This document shows positions 40,345 to 52,315 of a stretch of DNA of 64,000 nt, piece after piece. The notes under the pieces are model-generated. The model made no database searches. It worked only from the letters and a program-made list of their open reading frames with translations, and was not told the DNA's origin. Source of the stretch: the human T2T-CHM13v2.0 reference genome, Homo sapiens; assembly GCF_009914755.1 (NCBI RefSeq), contig NC_060925.1. The stretch is one strand, 5' to 3'. Position 1 is the stretch's first letter. The number at the start of each line of letters is the position of its first letter. The position numbers and the translations under genes were made by a program.

Positions 40345-40350
40345 AATAAA
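40345..40350 (+). terminator. PPP1R12B: Poly(A) signal, likely major PPP1R12B site
   Basis: AATAAA in AU-rich context with upstream TGTA motifs and downstream TGTG/T-rich sequence. Confidence 0.7.
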
Positions 40351-40621
40351 ACTGTGTTTTAACTTTGTGACTGTCTCCACAGTTCAGAGCATGGGATTTC
40401 TAGAATCTCACATCTGGGGCAGCCTCTTCTGATTTTACATCTTATCATTGGTGGGGGCCTCGCCCACCAGCCTCCTACAACTCCTGTCCACATAGAGGCC
40501 CCTTCCCCAGGGACAGCCACAGTGAGTCATGGCCACTGAGAAGGGTCTCTGGTAGTATCAAGGAATTTCCTAAATGGAGTCAGGCCAAGGAGAAGCCTAG
40601 ATTGGCGTTCAAAAGAACCGT

Positions 40622-40622
<1 letters not shown>

Positions 40623-40678
<56 letters not shown>
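40623..40678. repeat. (AGAT)14 tetranucleotide STR
   Basis: Perfect repeat of 56 nt. Confidence 0.97.
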
Positions 40679-40679
<1 letters not shown>

Positions 40680-42419
40680 TCAAGGTTCCAAGCTTCAAGT
40701 AACCAAGAGTATATACGGTTATTTCTTGGAAGACACCAGGTTTAAGTGACAAAGGTGTTGAGGCCATCCAGGTGAACACTAGCACACTCTAGTACATGGG
40801 AAAGTTGAGGTCTAGGGAGGTGGTGATTTCCTTGGGCTCATGGAAGTCTCCTGCCATCACCCTTAGTCATCTGCTATATCCATAAGTCTTCATGAGGTCA
40901 TTGTTTAATTCAGGAGATCCAAAACTATCCTGTAGTTCCAAACTACAAATGTAGTTAACTTGGGGGCTATTGAAGGTTAAATCTAAACTCAAAATGAAGG
41001 AGCCATGCCCAGAGAAGAGCTGTTCAGGCCCGCTGGCAGGGTTTGTACGTGGGTGGCCAGGTCTGACCCCAGGCAGCCAGGATCTGGGTCTGGTTTCTCC
41101 ATCCAGCAAGCCCTGCCTCTGGCTTTGCTCAGCCCTGTGTTTCCTGCCAAGCGGAAATCCCTGGTCACTGACTTGGGGAGAGGTCAGGGAGGGAAGATTC
41201 TTCTCCCCTGATGTCACCCAGCTGTTTGTAACCCAAGCAGCAGCAGAACAAGCACACTTGATGTCATGGTTGAAGAATTCAGTCCTGTCCTGGGGCACAA
41301 AACAGAGGCAAAGAAGCATGACCGATGCAAAGGGTTCCTAGACTGCAAATGTCATTTCTCTTTCTGACCCCCACTGGTTGTAGTAAGGTCTGCAGATACA
41401 GTATCACCTAGCCGTCACGTGGTCCAGCCCTCTTGGGGGGAAAGGAGAAGGCCACAACCTATTGGCAGAGTAAAAAGCTCATATTCTTAGCCAGGAGACC
41501 CTCAGGTGATAAATCCCAGTCCGTCTGCTGAAAGGCTCATGCCCCTCACCCTACCCAGCCTTAGGGACTGAAGCAGCAAGACAGGATAGATGTTAAAGGA
41601 TCTGGGCTCATGCTCCCTCAGGTGGGCAGCTCCCATCCCTGCTTGCATTCACTGCCCCCATGCCTTTGGACCTGATGGACAAGCACACATCTAGCCAACG
41701 GTGTTCCTGGAGGACAGGTGCTGGTGTAAACTGACAAAAATGGTAGCTGCTGGTCTATCCTCAAGGAGAGGAGACAGGTGGAAGTGGGAACCGAAGAAGG
41801 AGTTTTACTCTTCCCTGGTCTTTGGGGGCAATGCTGTCCCACTCTCCCTTTCCCTAAAAATTCTGACGCCCTATCCCTGGTCCCTAACATCTTTGCTTCA
41901 GAAGTTAAAGACATTTCAAGTTATTTGCAAAGAGTCAACTGAGGACTTTGTAGAAATTGTTACTTTTCAAATTCCCACTTCCCAGGGCCAGCCTCCCTCT
42001 CGTCATTGGGCTCAGACTGTGGCTGTTCCCTAAGCCCAGCTCTACTGGAAGGGAATTCAAGAATATAGTCCCCACCACCACCCCGCCCCGCCCAGCCTCC
42101 CAGACAATGTTCCCCGGCACCACCACACTCCCCACAGTTCCACAGCCTGGCATGTGTTCTCAGGAGATGTGTGGGCCCCAGCACCCACCAGAGTGCCAAT
42201 CTGGTCTTCCCCCAACCCCAGGAGAGAGGGGACCTCAGCCCCTTTTGGTGCTTCCCTGAAGGGAGATTCTGGGTTAGAAGCCAGAGCCTCAGGACCATCT
42301 CACCACCCTCACCCACCATACTGACCCTCACAGGCAGCTCCCACTCCCTCACCCCCACCTCAGCGCAGCAAAAACAACCAGAGACACCCCCCACCCCCAG
42401 GTTTCTTTCAGCTCATTTC

Positions 42420-42425
42420 TTTAAT
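42420..42425 (-). terminator. SYT2: SYT2 distal poly(A) signal ATTAAA
   Basis: TTTAAT on + is ATTAAA on -; upstream U-rich/UGUA context and downstream G/GU-rich tract (GGGGGTGGGGGGTGTCTCTGGTTGTTTTTG). Confidence 0.65.
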
Positions 42426-44483
42426 AAGGAGACGCAGTTCATTACAAAATAACAATTTGACAAGAGATCAGACAAGAACAAGAGTCCACATAAGGGAGAT
42501 GGAGAGCATTGCCAAGCAGAAGTGGGAATGAGAGGGCCGGGGGCAAGGGCTGTACATGTGTCCTTCCTATGGAGACGAAGGCAGGGCTCCTGGTGGGCTG
42601 ACCTTGGCGAAGCTAGGCTCTGCCAGGCCCTGATTTTGAAGTTTTCAGCCCCAGGGTTTTCAGAAAGCAGCAAATCAAGTCCTTAGATGGGCAGGAGTCA
42701 GGGCAGAAGGGTCACTATCTTTGAAGAGGCCCCCCTAAAGTCCTGATCGCTAAGGCAGGTGGGATGGAGGAACTCCTGGTGCCCCATGCACACTGCTCCC
42801 ATCACCTCACCAGACAGATGCTCTCTCAACTCTTGCCTCAATTTGTCTCTGCTGTGGGTGTGGAGAGTGGGAGGGCCCCAGAGAGAGCTGGAGGAAGCAA
42901 GACATGTCTTCACTGGTCCAAGCACCTGATTCCAGCCTGCTCTGAAATGGTCCCCTCCACCTTCCCCACTCTTTCAGTTCCCAGCACAAAGGTCCCTGGG
43001 ACTTCTGTGTGCAACTTCTGTTGTGGTTTGTGCAGGGCAAGCCTGCCTCGCCACCTCTGGCCTCCTCGAATGCGCCCTGCCTGATTCCCCTCCCGTTCTC
43101 TCTCCTTCCTCATACTTGTCACAGTTGCCAGGCCTGAGGCATCCTGGGCTCTTCCCATGCAGTACTGCCCTCAGGTGCCCATGGGGCCAGGGGCCGCAGG
43201 CAGGGGGGCTACCTGTCCCTCTCAGTTCAACAGGATGACCTGGGGCCTTGGAAGCCCCCAGGCCCCTCTACTCACCTCTGCTACTTGGTGCAACTGGCTG
43301 GGGCTTCTCTGGGGAGCAGGTGTGAAGGTCAGGGGGCTTAGTCCACACCTGCTCTGCCGGAGCCTCTCTCACAGCTGAACCTGCCCACCCCACTCTCAGG
43401 GGATCGCTGGTAGCCCTGAGGTTGCCCCGCTATTGGGCTGCTTTCTGTCAGACTGCAGGAGGATGCACGAGGGAAGAGCGTCAGCCCCTGTATTCACCGG
43501 CCTCTCCCTGAGTCCCTCCTCCATCACCACCCACAGACCCTCACACTACAGAGGTGAGTAAGCAGGGATGGTTCTGTCATCCCTGGCTGAGCTGCTGACT
43601 GGCTGCTCCTGAAAATCCTGGTTGCCTCCACAGGGACCCCAGGAAAGGTATCCAGAACCATGGAGTCCCACTGCTGTCTGCTCCTCGCCCAGCGTAGAGA
43701 TGGAGCTGAACTGTGAACCCAGGCCGAGAAAGCCAGCTCGGGCAGGGCCAGCATGGGCATCTCCTGAGACCCCACCGGAAGCCCTGGACACCGTCCATTC
43801 TCATGACACGGGACTGAGGGAGCAGGAGGGAGTGACAACAGGTGAGCCCTTCAGAAGTGGTCTGTGGGGAGCCAGTTGGAGAGACATGGGGGCTCCTGGG
43901 AGGAGCCAAGGGAGGCCAAATCTCCAGCAGGAGGCCCCCTTTATGGCTTTTCAGTGAATTCAAACAGTGGGAGGAAGGGGCACACCACACACATACACAG
44001 AACATGGAAGCTACTGGGATGCCAGATACCAGGCTGGACACTGCACCGGGCCCTGAGGTTTGGCTCTGCAGGCAGATGTGCAGCAAACAGGCCTTCAGGG
44101 CGACAGGGTCCTCCAGCATCTCCCAAGGCAGGGCTGGACTGGAGCAGGCACCGACTCCCGCCCACTGATGACTCCCATGGGGGGTTTCCCGATGGGAGGA
44201 GGCAGGGGTGGGGCTGGGGAACAAAGACTTTACACGACATAAAATCAAAGGAGCAGCCTCAACCAGTTCTGTAAAATGGGTTTGAGGTTGGGGATCAAGG
44301 GGACTCTCAGCATTGCCATGCGGCTATTTACAGAAAGTTATAGACATGCATCTTGATTAAACAAGATTCTGTTCATATGTTTCTAGGTAATTATCTTCTT
44401 TTATATATAATTAAATATACACGGATGGGGGCAGATGAGGCTCAAATGGCTTCAGAAGGTTCTTATTTTGTTGTTGCTTAAAA

Positions 44484-44489
44484 AATAAA
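44484..44489 (+). terminator. PPP1R12B: Candidate distal PPP1R12B poly(A) signal inside the SYT2 3'UTR
   Basis: AATAAA preceded by T-rich ttattttgttgttg and followed by tgtgtctt, in an AT-rich island within GC-rich sequence. Confidence 0.55.
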
Positions 44490-44615
44490 GTAATTCATGT
44501 GTCTTCAAGTCACAGTGTCCCCTTCTCAATATTGCAGTTCAAAAAACTGGTTAAGTCAAATCCTTGGGGTTCCTGGCCCCTTGGGACCAAAGGGAGAGGG
44601 GGAAAAGTCATAGGG

Positions 44616-44805
44616 TAGGGTTCCCAGACACAATGCAGGATGACCAGTTACATTTGAATTTCAGATAAACAACAAATTATTTTTTAGTATATGTCCCAAC
44701 TATTTGCCTAGGACATATTTACACTTAATAATTGTTTGTTGTTGAACTGAAATTCAAATGTAACTGGACATCCTGTATTTTTATTTGCCAAATCTGGCAA
44801 CCATA
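44616..44805. mobile_element. MER53 palindromic hAT MITE in the SYT2 3'UTR
   Basis: TIRs tagggttcccaga / tctggcaaccata; internal 29-bp inverted arms. Confidence 0.85.
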
Positions 44806-46503
44806 GCATGGGGCTCAGGGCCACCAGGATCTTGGGACTCCTCCCTGCCTGCCACCACCCAGGGCTCTGAGAAAGGGCCCCAAACAGCTTTAGGTGGGAG
44901 GGGCAGAGGAAAGGGAAGGGAAGGGGCAGAGCAGAGGATATGAGGGCAGTTCCTGGCTCAATCTCTTTCTACCTTTGAGTGGGAGGGGACACCCTCAGGG
45001 ACAGTTTTTCTCTCTGTGAGGCTGGGTGAGACCCAGGACTCAGATGCCTTATGAATTAACCTAGGACATTAAGGGAACATGGAAGCTCTCACTCCCCAAA
45101 CCCAGGGAGGTTCCTCAACCTCTTTGCTGTCACCCACCCTTACCCCCACCCCACTGCATGGAGGCAGGTTTATAAGAGAGCTGCTTTTACCCACAGGAGG
45201 GCTGTAGTGACCTCTCTTCTCCCTCTCGCTGAAGCCTTGGGCCAGCAAAATCATCCCACACTGATTCTGCAGACACAAGTTATGTATGCTTTCCTAGGAA
45301 GAAAAAAGATCAGGATCTGAGACTGTGGCCTAATCCCTGCTATCTCATCCTCTACTGAGGGACTCCAGGAAAGTCACTTCTCATTCATGCCAAGCACCTG
45401 CCTACTGTCTGAGATTGCCCCAGCATTCCTTACCCAGCCTTCCCCAGGCCTCAGCTTCCACTTCCAAAGCCCAAAAATCTGCCTGTAGCTCTGGCAGAGT
45501 TAGCATCCCTTCTGGAACAATTATTCAGGGAGGAAGAAGAAAACGAACTTTCAGACTTTACCCCAGTTTCTGGATGGGATTAGGCTTGTTTTCATGGTCT
45601 CAGCTTCTCTAAAAATCACCTCTATACTACTTTCCTTTCTCTGGAACAGACTTTGAGATGAAAACTCACAGCCCCAGAGGCGTCCAGAACCCCTTACTAG
45701 CCAGACACCCTAACTCTATCCTGCTTAGTGCCTACACCCCAGTACCCTGACATCCCCAGAAATAAACCTGCCCAGCAGTGAGTGTTTGGCATGATGCCCT
45801 GTGGTTTAAGCTACGTCAGCCCTCAGGTATGGAAAACACACAAGCAGAAGCATGTTCCCACCAAGCCCATGGACCAAGACAGATGCCATCCACTACGTGG
45901 CATATCAGGACCAGCTGGGACCTGAGGAAGGCACTGCTCCCCACACCCACACTGGCTCCACACTGGTGTCAACGTTCAAAATCACTCAGCAACCTGTCCC
46001 CACCCCTCAAGGCTCCTCACTAGCAGTGGGCTCAGAGTAATAAAAATCCAGCCCTGGTCACCAGGCACATAGACACCCAGACCACCAGAGGTTCCTACCA
46101 TTGCCTTTCCTCCCTGTCAAGGGAATGCAAATCTTGGGCTTTGGAAGGGCTGAATGAAGTTCATGAATGGAAAAGAATCCAGGTGGTAGAAGATGAATTG
46201 GGAAAGGGCAAAGGAGTAAAGGTAGAGGGGATATTGACAAGGGGGTCTCCATGAGTGAGTCTGTGGGATATGGGTGAGAAGAGTGAGTCTGGGGAGAGAC
46301 CCTGAGAAAGCACCAAAATCCCATAACTCTGGGGTTGGGAGAAGAGTCCAGTGACTTCTGATGTCCATACCAGGAAATCCCACTCTGTGGCCACCCAGAT
46401 TCTGAAAACACCCTATTGTCCTACAACTCTCTACCATGACCACACCTTTGGTCCCAAGGACCGCAGTTCATAATCCTGATCAGAGTCTTACCTTCCCATC
46501 ATT

Positions 46504-46507
<4 letters not shown>

Positions 46508-46549
<42 letters not shown>
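46508..46549. repeat. (AC)21 microsatellite
   Basis: Read directly from the sequence. Confidence 0.97.
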
Positions 46550-46550
<1 letters not shown>

Positions 46551-48013
46551 AGTAAAAACATAACTTCCCATGTACCACTAACAAGACAAAGAAGGATCTC
46601 CAAGAGACAGGCAGGCTTTCCAGTCTGTTTCTGGTGGGGGTATTCCCTCATTTCCCTCACTCCTTCATCCAAAAAACAAAGCAAAACCAAAAGCCCCTTC
46701 CCCCTTTTTAAAATAAAATAAAAAGACACTCTGCAACTTCTTCACACTGGATCCTCAAAGCCTGATTCCCTCCAACACTGTCCATCTGTCTTGGGTGTCT
46801 ACAGGAAGCTGAAGTGGCCCAGATGGGGCAGGATAGAGATGCTGCCATTTGTGCTGGGAAAGAGAGATACTCAGGCTTCTGGAGAAGCCATGAGTTTTCT
46901 GTGGTGAAAAAATGACAAGGGCCTGAGGGCTTCATGGATGGAAAAGAGAGGTCAAAGGAAGGCAGGCAAGGAGGGCTGGCCTCTGGCCACAAGGGGACCT
47001 CACTCTGTTGTCCAGGCTGAAGGTTTGGAAGAAGACTCAGTGCAAACCTGACTAACATATATATGGCTTTTATATCAGTGCTGGGGACAAAAGGTGAACA
47101 GGGAATGGGATACAACTGAGCATGGGTAGAAACCCTAGAAGGTCACCTCTGCTACTCATTTGGAATGGATGCCCTTTGTTTCTTAGCATTCATAGAGAGA
47201 AGCCCCCTAATGGTAGGACGGGTCCTTCCCATAGGTCTCCCTGGGCCACTCCAGCTACCTATCAGCTCTCCAGCATGGAGGGCAGAGGGCCAAGGGAGCA
47301 AGGAGTGGGAGTCGGGGGAATTCCAGTGCTCCCCTATATCTCCTCCCAAGGGATCTCAGCCATCTGTCCCCCATCCTCTTCTTACCACCCCCTTCTTACC
47401 TGGACCTCAGGAGAACTAAGAACATTTAAACTTTCCTTTTAAAGTTCTCTGGCTCTGCACAGATAACGTGTCTTCAGACAGTGTTGCTCCACTTAAAAGA
47501 GAAACAGAAGCAAAAGCACAATGGGGAATAAATGCAAATGAACTTGGCTGCTTATATTCTGGAAAGGGAGAAAGCATCTGTGTTTCCCACTGGATGGGGT
47601 GAAGATCCAGGAGTTTAATTTTGGTCTTTCTGGTAATGGGACTTCTGTTTCTTCATAGTTTGATATTTATTGTCAATAAGAGTGAGATTTTGGGACTGAG
47701 AGTCCCTGTTAGTCTGACCCAACTAGTGAATAGCTCATATCCATGAATGTCCCAGGAACTACACTTCTGGGGAAACCATGACTGGCAGGAGGAAGTATTT
47801 GATGGCATCGTTTGGTCCTAGTTCTGAACACATCCAGTCTTCACATCTTGCTGCCTCCCAAATAGCCACCAACAGGAGTATGAAAGCCCCGATATCTGAA
47901 CAGGATCCTGAGACTTTGCCATAGATGAGAGAAGATCTCCCACTTAGTGGACTTCTTCATGTCAGGGTCCCCAAAGAGCCTTCTTTTCCCACACAACTTT
48001 ACTGTCCATGGCT

Positions 48014-48089
48014 CATTCCAGGAATGAAGAGAGATGCTCAAAGAGACACACACACACACACATTCCAGGAATGAAGAGAAATGCTCAAA

Positions 48090-48150
<61 letters not shown>
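48014..48150. repeat. Tandem duplication of a ~30-bp unit plus AC tract; second tract is (AC)30
   Basis: cattccaggaatgaagaga(g/a)atgctcaaaga at 48014 and 48061, each followed by AC repeats. Confidence 0.93.
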
Positions 48151-48152
<2 letters not shown>

Positions 48153-48570
48153 TCATTGGCCACTGTGATGCCTTCCCTGTCAGGAAGCAGGATGTGCTGC
48201 CATTTTGTTGGTCCAGAAGGCTCAAAAAACAGGAACTGCTGCAAGTTTGTGCCAGTAGAGAGCCTCGCTTGGGGTGAGGCAGATGTGAAGCTTTGAAAGA
48301 GTCGAGGGAACTGTGACAGGGCATGCAGCAAGGACAGCTCCTGGGACCGTGAACAGAGCCAGGCTTCTCTTTCACCTCTTAGGGGACTCTCCTCACACAG
48401 CCATCAAAGGGAAGTTGGTCTTTAAAAAGAGAAAAACAAGGAAAAACAAGGACACAACCACCCAACAAATGAAAGAAAAAAGAAAACCTCTAAGGTTGCA
48501 TAACTGAGGTATTGATAGCTCTGGATCTTGTCAGTGTCCGTGAAAGGTGTGGGGTCCCAGCCGCTGCTGT

Positions 48571-48777
48571 CTACTTGTTCTTGCCCAGGAGTGCATCCAC
48601 CTCCTCCTCAGGCTTGAGCGAGTGCCACTGGGCGATGGGCCTCCGGGGGTTGGCCAGCATGTCGGACCAGTGCCGCAGCTCTGTGCCCGTGGCATTGCTG
48701 CCCACGAAGATCTTGCCTATGGCTTCGTTCTTGCCCAGCTTGTCATAGTCCAGCACGGTGACCACTACCTGGACTTT
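48571..48777 (-). CDS. SYT2: SYT2 last coding exon [21 protein letters not shown]...DALLGKNK* (C2B C-terminal half)
   Basis: ttgcag|AAA acceptor; 207 nt including TAG; DYD Ca-binding motif and WHSL motif. Confidence 0.97.
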   Translation of the reverse strand, partial: KVQVVVTVLDYDKLGKNEAIGKIFVGSNATGTELRHWSDMLANPRRPIAQWHSLKPEEEVDALLGKNK

Positions 48778-48974
48778 CTGCAAGGAAAACGAGGGAGGGA
48801 GTTGGCAGACAGAGACGTGGGATCCCATGACCAAATTTATCCTCCATCAACCTCTACTCCCAATGATTGGGAAGGTAAGGCCTCCCGGGGCTCCTTGGTT
48901 TCATCTCTGCTCCAGTGAAGACTGAATTGACATGGAGGCAGAGGCCACGCCTTTGGCAGCCTTTGTTTCTACCA

Positions 48975-50150
48975 CTGGGCATTTATTGAGGATGTACTGT
49001 GCTCTAGACCCTGTTAAGCACTTGGAGGGGGAGAAGAGGGAAGGAAAAGTGAAAAGATGAATTTCACTTCCTCAATGAGATCAGCAGACATGTAACTGAA
49101 AACTTACAACATGAAGTGATAAAGGTTATGCTAGAGAGATGGGCACAAGGTACTGTGGAAACTTAGAGGAGGTGACAGTCCTGGGGCCAATCAGAAAAGG
49201 CTTCACAGAAGAGGTGACTGGGACATGAAGTCTGAGAATTTCTCTAGGAGGAGAAAAGAAGGAAGAGGATTCCAGGAAAACAGATTTGCTTGGGTAGAGG
49301 CATAGAGACCTGAGAGTGCATTTGGCATCTGAGAAACATTAGATGTTCAGTCATTGAGGTATAGGGTGAGAAGCAGTGAGGCAGGAAATGAGGCTGGTAG
49401 AGTAGGTTGGGGTCAGCCAAGGAGTCTGCATTTTGTCTTTCAGGCAAGCAGTAGGGGACTCCTGACGACTTTAAGAAAAGGAGTGTCGTGGACATTTGAG
49501 AGAGAGAGCCCTGGCATTGAGTTGGAAGATTTACTGGAGGAGGAGTGGGCCTAATGGCAGGGAAGAGACCCATTGGAGGATGCTGGAGGGTCTGGGAGGA
49601 TGGATCCCGAATACCTGTACCAAGGCAGGGACAGTGGGGATGGGAAGTCAAAACCAGGTTGGAGAGGTATTTAGGAAGAGAATCAAGAGGACTTGATGAT
49701 CAGCTGGATTTGCTGAATGCTCGATGCCTTTTTCCCCTGTGACTCCAGCCAACTCAGATTTGTCCTTCAGGACCAAGCTCTCTCTGGGAAGCCTCACTAC
49801 AGTCCTCCGCTTCATGGACATTGAAGCTGTCGTCTCACTGTGCTTTACTAGACTGTTTACTGGTGCCCTCCCACTGTGAGGTCCTTGAGAGCAAGGAGTG
49901 TGTGGATTACACACTTATTTCCTCATCCCCTAGCCTACCACTTAGGAAATGCTCAGTGAAGTATGTTGGATAAATGAGAAAGGAAAAAGGAAATAGTCAG
50001 TCTAAGGTGACGCCCAGGTTTCTGACTTGGGCCACTGGGTAAATGATGGACTGTGGGGTCATTCATTGAAAACAGAATTCAGATGAAACAGGCTTGGCTG
50101 GGAAGAGGTAGGAAGAAGAACATTACATTGGTTTTAGGCATGTTGAATTT
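48975..50150. mobile_element. L2 fragments in the last SYT2 intron
   Basis: catttattgag..tactgtgc, ggcttcacagaagaggtgac and ccaggtttctgacttgg motifs. Confidence 0.6.
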
Positions 50151-51031
50151 GAGATGCCTGGGTCAGGATGCTCTAGATCTAAAATTCTCTGTAATGAGGA
50201 CTTCTCTTGGATTAACATTATCACTGAGCTGCCCAGTGTTCCCTTGAAGTATTCCATCAATAACATCATACACATCTCCATAGATGACAGAACCAACTCT
50301 GAAGATTCTCTTGTACCCTTGCCCCCAGCCCTCCTGCGGGGAGGAGAGGGGGTGGGATCAGCTCACTACAAAGAAGGAGAGACCAAGACTCCATGATAAC
50401 CGACCACTCTGCAAGCCCCCAGCTGCGCCTGACTTCCCGCCCAAATGGGTGGGTGGGTGGGTCTCTTGTCCTACCACGTCCAGATCCCACTCATACCTGG
50501 AAATGGTGAAAACCAGACCTCATCTCCAACATTTACAGAACTTGCTGGTGAGAAGGAAGGAAAAATAGAGAAGGCTGGAAGGGTGGAGGGAGAGAGGAGA
50601 GGAAGCAGATCAGAGGAGTAGATGGGAAAGACCTAGAGAGCAGTGGAAGTGGGGCAGGGATGGCCAAGACAGGATGTGGCTGGAGAGGATGGAGGTGGCA
50701 GCGGCCACTCCCACCCTCTCAGCCAGCTCCCAACCCCTCTGGCACCTTTGCTATACCCCCATACATCTGTGTGCATGACCATGGTCCTTCAAGTCCTAAA
50801 CGAATGATTTGCAGAATTTTTTGAATTAGTTCATGTTTATCTCCTCAGAAAAGGGGGATCCCTGAAGCACTTGGGAAGGAGGCCCCACCCAGGCACCATT
50901 AGACCTCGAGCCTTCCCCTACCAAGAAAGGCTGTTCCATGGTCTCTAGGTGAGTTCCCTCTCTTCAACCTCCCCATACATGTTTGCCTCCCCAAACCCTG
51001 CTCCATGCCTAGGAACCCAGGGCTCCAGCAC

Positions 51032-51165
51032 CTGAATCTGCTCGAAGGGGATCTCAAAGCTGAAGGACTCGTTGAAGTATGGGTTCAGGGTCTTCTTCTT
51101 CACGGTTGTCTTCTTCTTCTTGAGCCTCTTGCCATTCTGCATCAGGTGGATCTTCACGTACGGGT
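51032..51165 (-). CDS. SYT2: SYT2 coding exon (D)[44 protein letters not shown] (C2B polybasic)
   Basis: ccgcag|AC and CAG|gtgctg; 134 nt. Confidence 0.96.
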
Positions 51166-52090
51166 CTGCGGAGGGAGAATCCCAACCCCAGAGAGGTTCC
51201 CCTTAGCCCCCAGCCTTCCTGCCGAATGTACCAAGGCCTGCCCAGAGCATCGGTCAAGAGGGGGTCTTCACTCCGCTGAGACCAGGCCCTCAGAAAGCCC
51301 CAAGTCATGCCATCCAGTTCAAAGGTGGCAAAAGGCTTCACCTCCAGGACCAACTGTGACCAGTTGGTTGTGGCTTCCTGAAGCATTGGGTGGAGGGCAT
51401 TTCTGAGTCTAAGTAAGGCCCTGTGAGAAAGAGTCTGGGGATTCATCTGTGATCCTGTACTGGGGAGTGGGTGGGGAGTGCTGAAGTCAGGACACACATC
51501 TGCTGGGTCATAATCCCAATCCGATCCCCCTAATCTTGCAGACAAGAAACTGAGGCCAAAGAACGGAAATGACCTGCCCGAGGTCACACAGCGGGTCAGT
51601 GACAGAGCCAGGCTGGCACTGAAACGCGCTGGTTGGAGCCCATGCCCAGGGCTGATTCTCTGGGAAGGCAGCTGAGGCAGCAGGCTTCATCCACTAGAGC
51701 CCTGTGCCATGGGCCAGCCCCATTCACTGCCAGGTAAATGTGATATTCAGAGCATCTTCCACTCCCTTGCCTCACCCTCCCCTTTCCAGGGCAGAGCCAG
51801 CAGAGCCTACAGCCTCTTCTGGAAACATGTCTCGATTGTAGTGTCATGCTTTGGGCTAAGCCCTGCTCATTTCCCTGGGAGAAGTAAAATCCTAAGTCAC
51901 AAACTTATCTGGGGATGAAATTTCTCTGATCCTTTTCTCTGTAGCCCACAGTGCATGGCCAGAGAGCGCTGGGAAGGCAGCTCTGATGGGGACAAGGGGC
52001 CCTTGGAGAAAAGGAGGGCCTGGGAAGCTAAGGCTCCCCCGCTCCTCGAGGAGACATCTCAGTCCCAGGGCAGCAAAGTGTTCCTCTTCA

Positions 52091-52315
<225 letters not shown>

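Larger units (their letters stand above)
42400..48570 (-). other. SYT2: SYT2 3'UTR (~6.2 kb)
   Basis: Runs from the stop at 48571 to the ATTAAA signal; a possible proximal AATAAA lies at 47666-47671 (-). Confidence 0.65.

Noticed and set aside
40623-40678. Regular repeats (AGAT; 48014-48150 duplication) as a CRISPR-like array
   Set aside because: Simple STR or two-copy duplication, no unique spacers, no cas genes, eukaryotic context.
40867-44274. Cluster of 100-223 aa ORFs on both strands (e.g. 43577..44248)
   Set aside because: GC-rich UTR sequence depleted of stops; overlapping frames, mostly non-ATG starts, no recognisable domains.
48547-48918. + strand ORFs antisense to SYT2 exons (also 51005, 53635, 56258, 56280)
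   Set aside because: Shadow ORFs caused by codon bias on the opposite strand.
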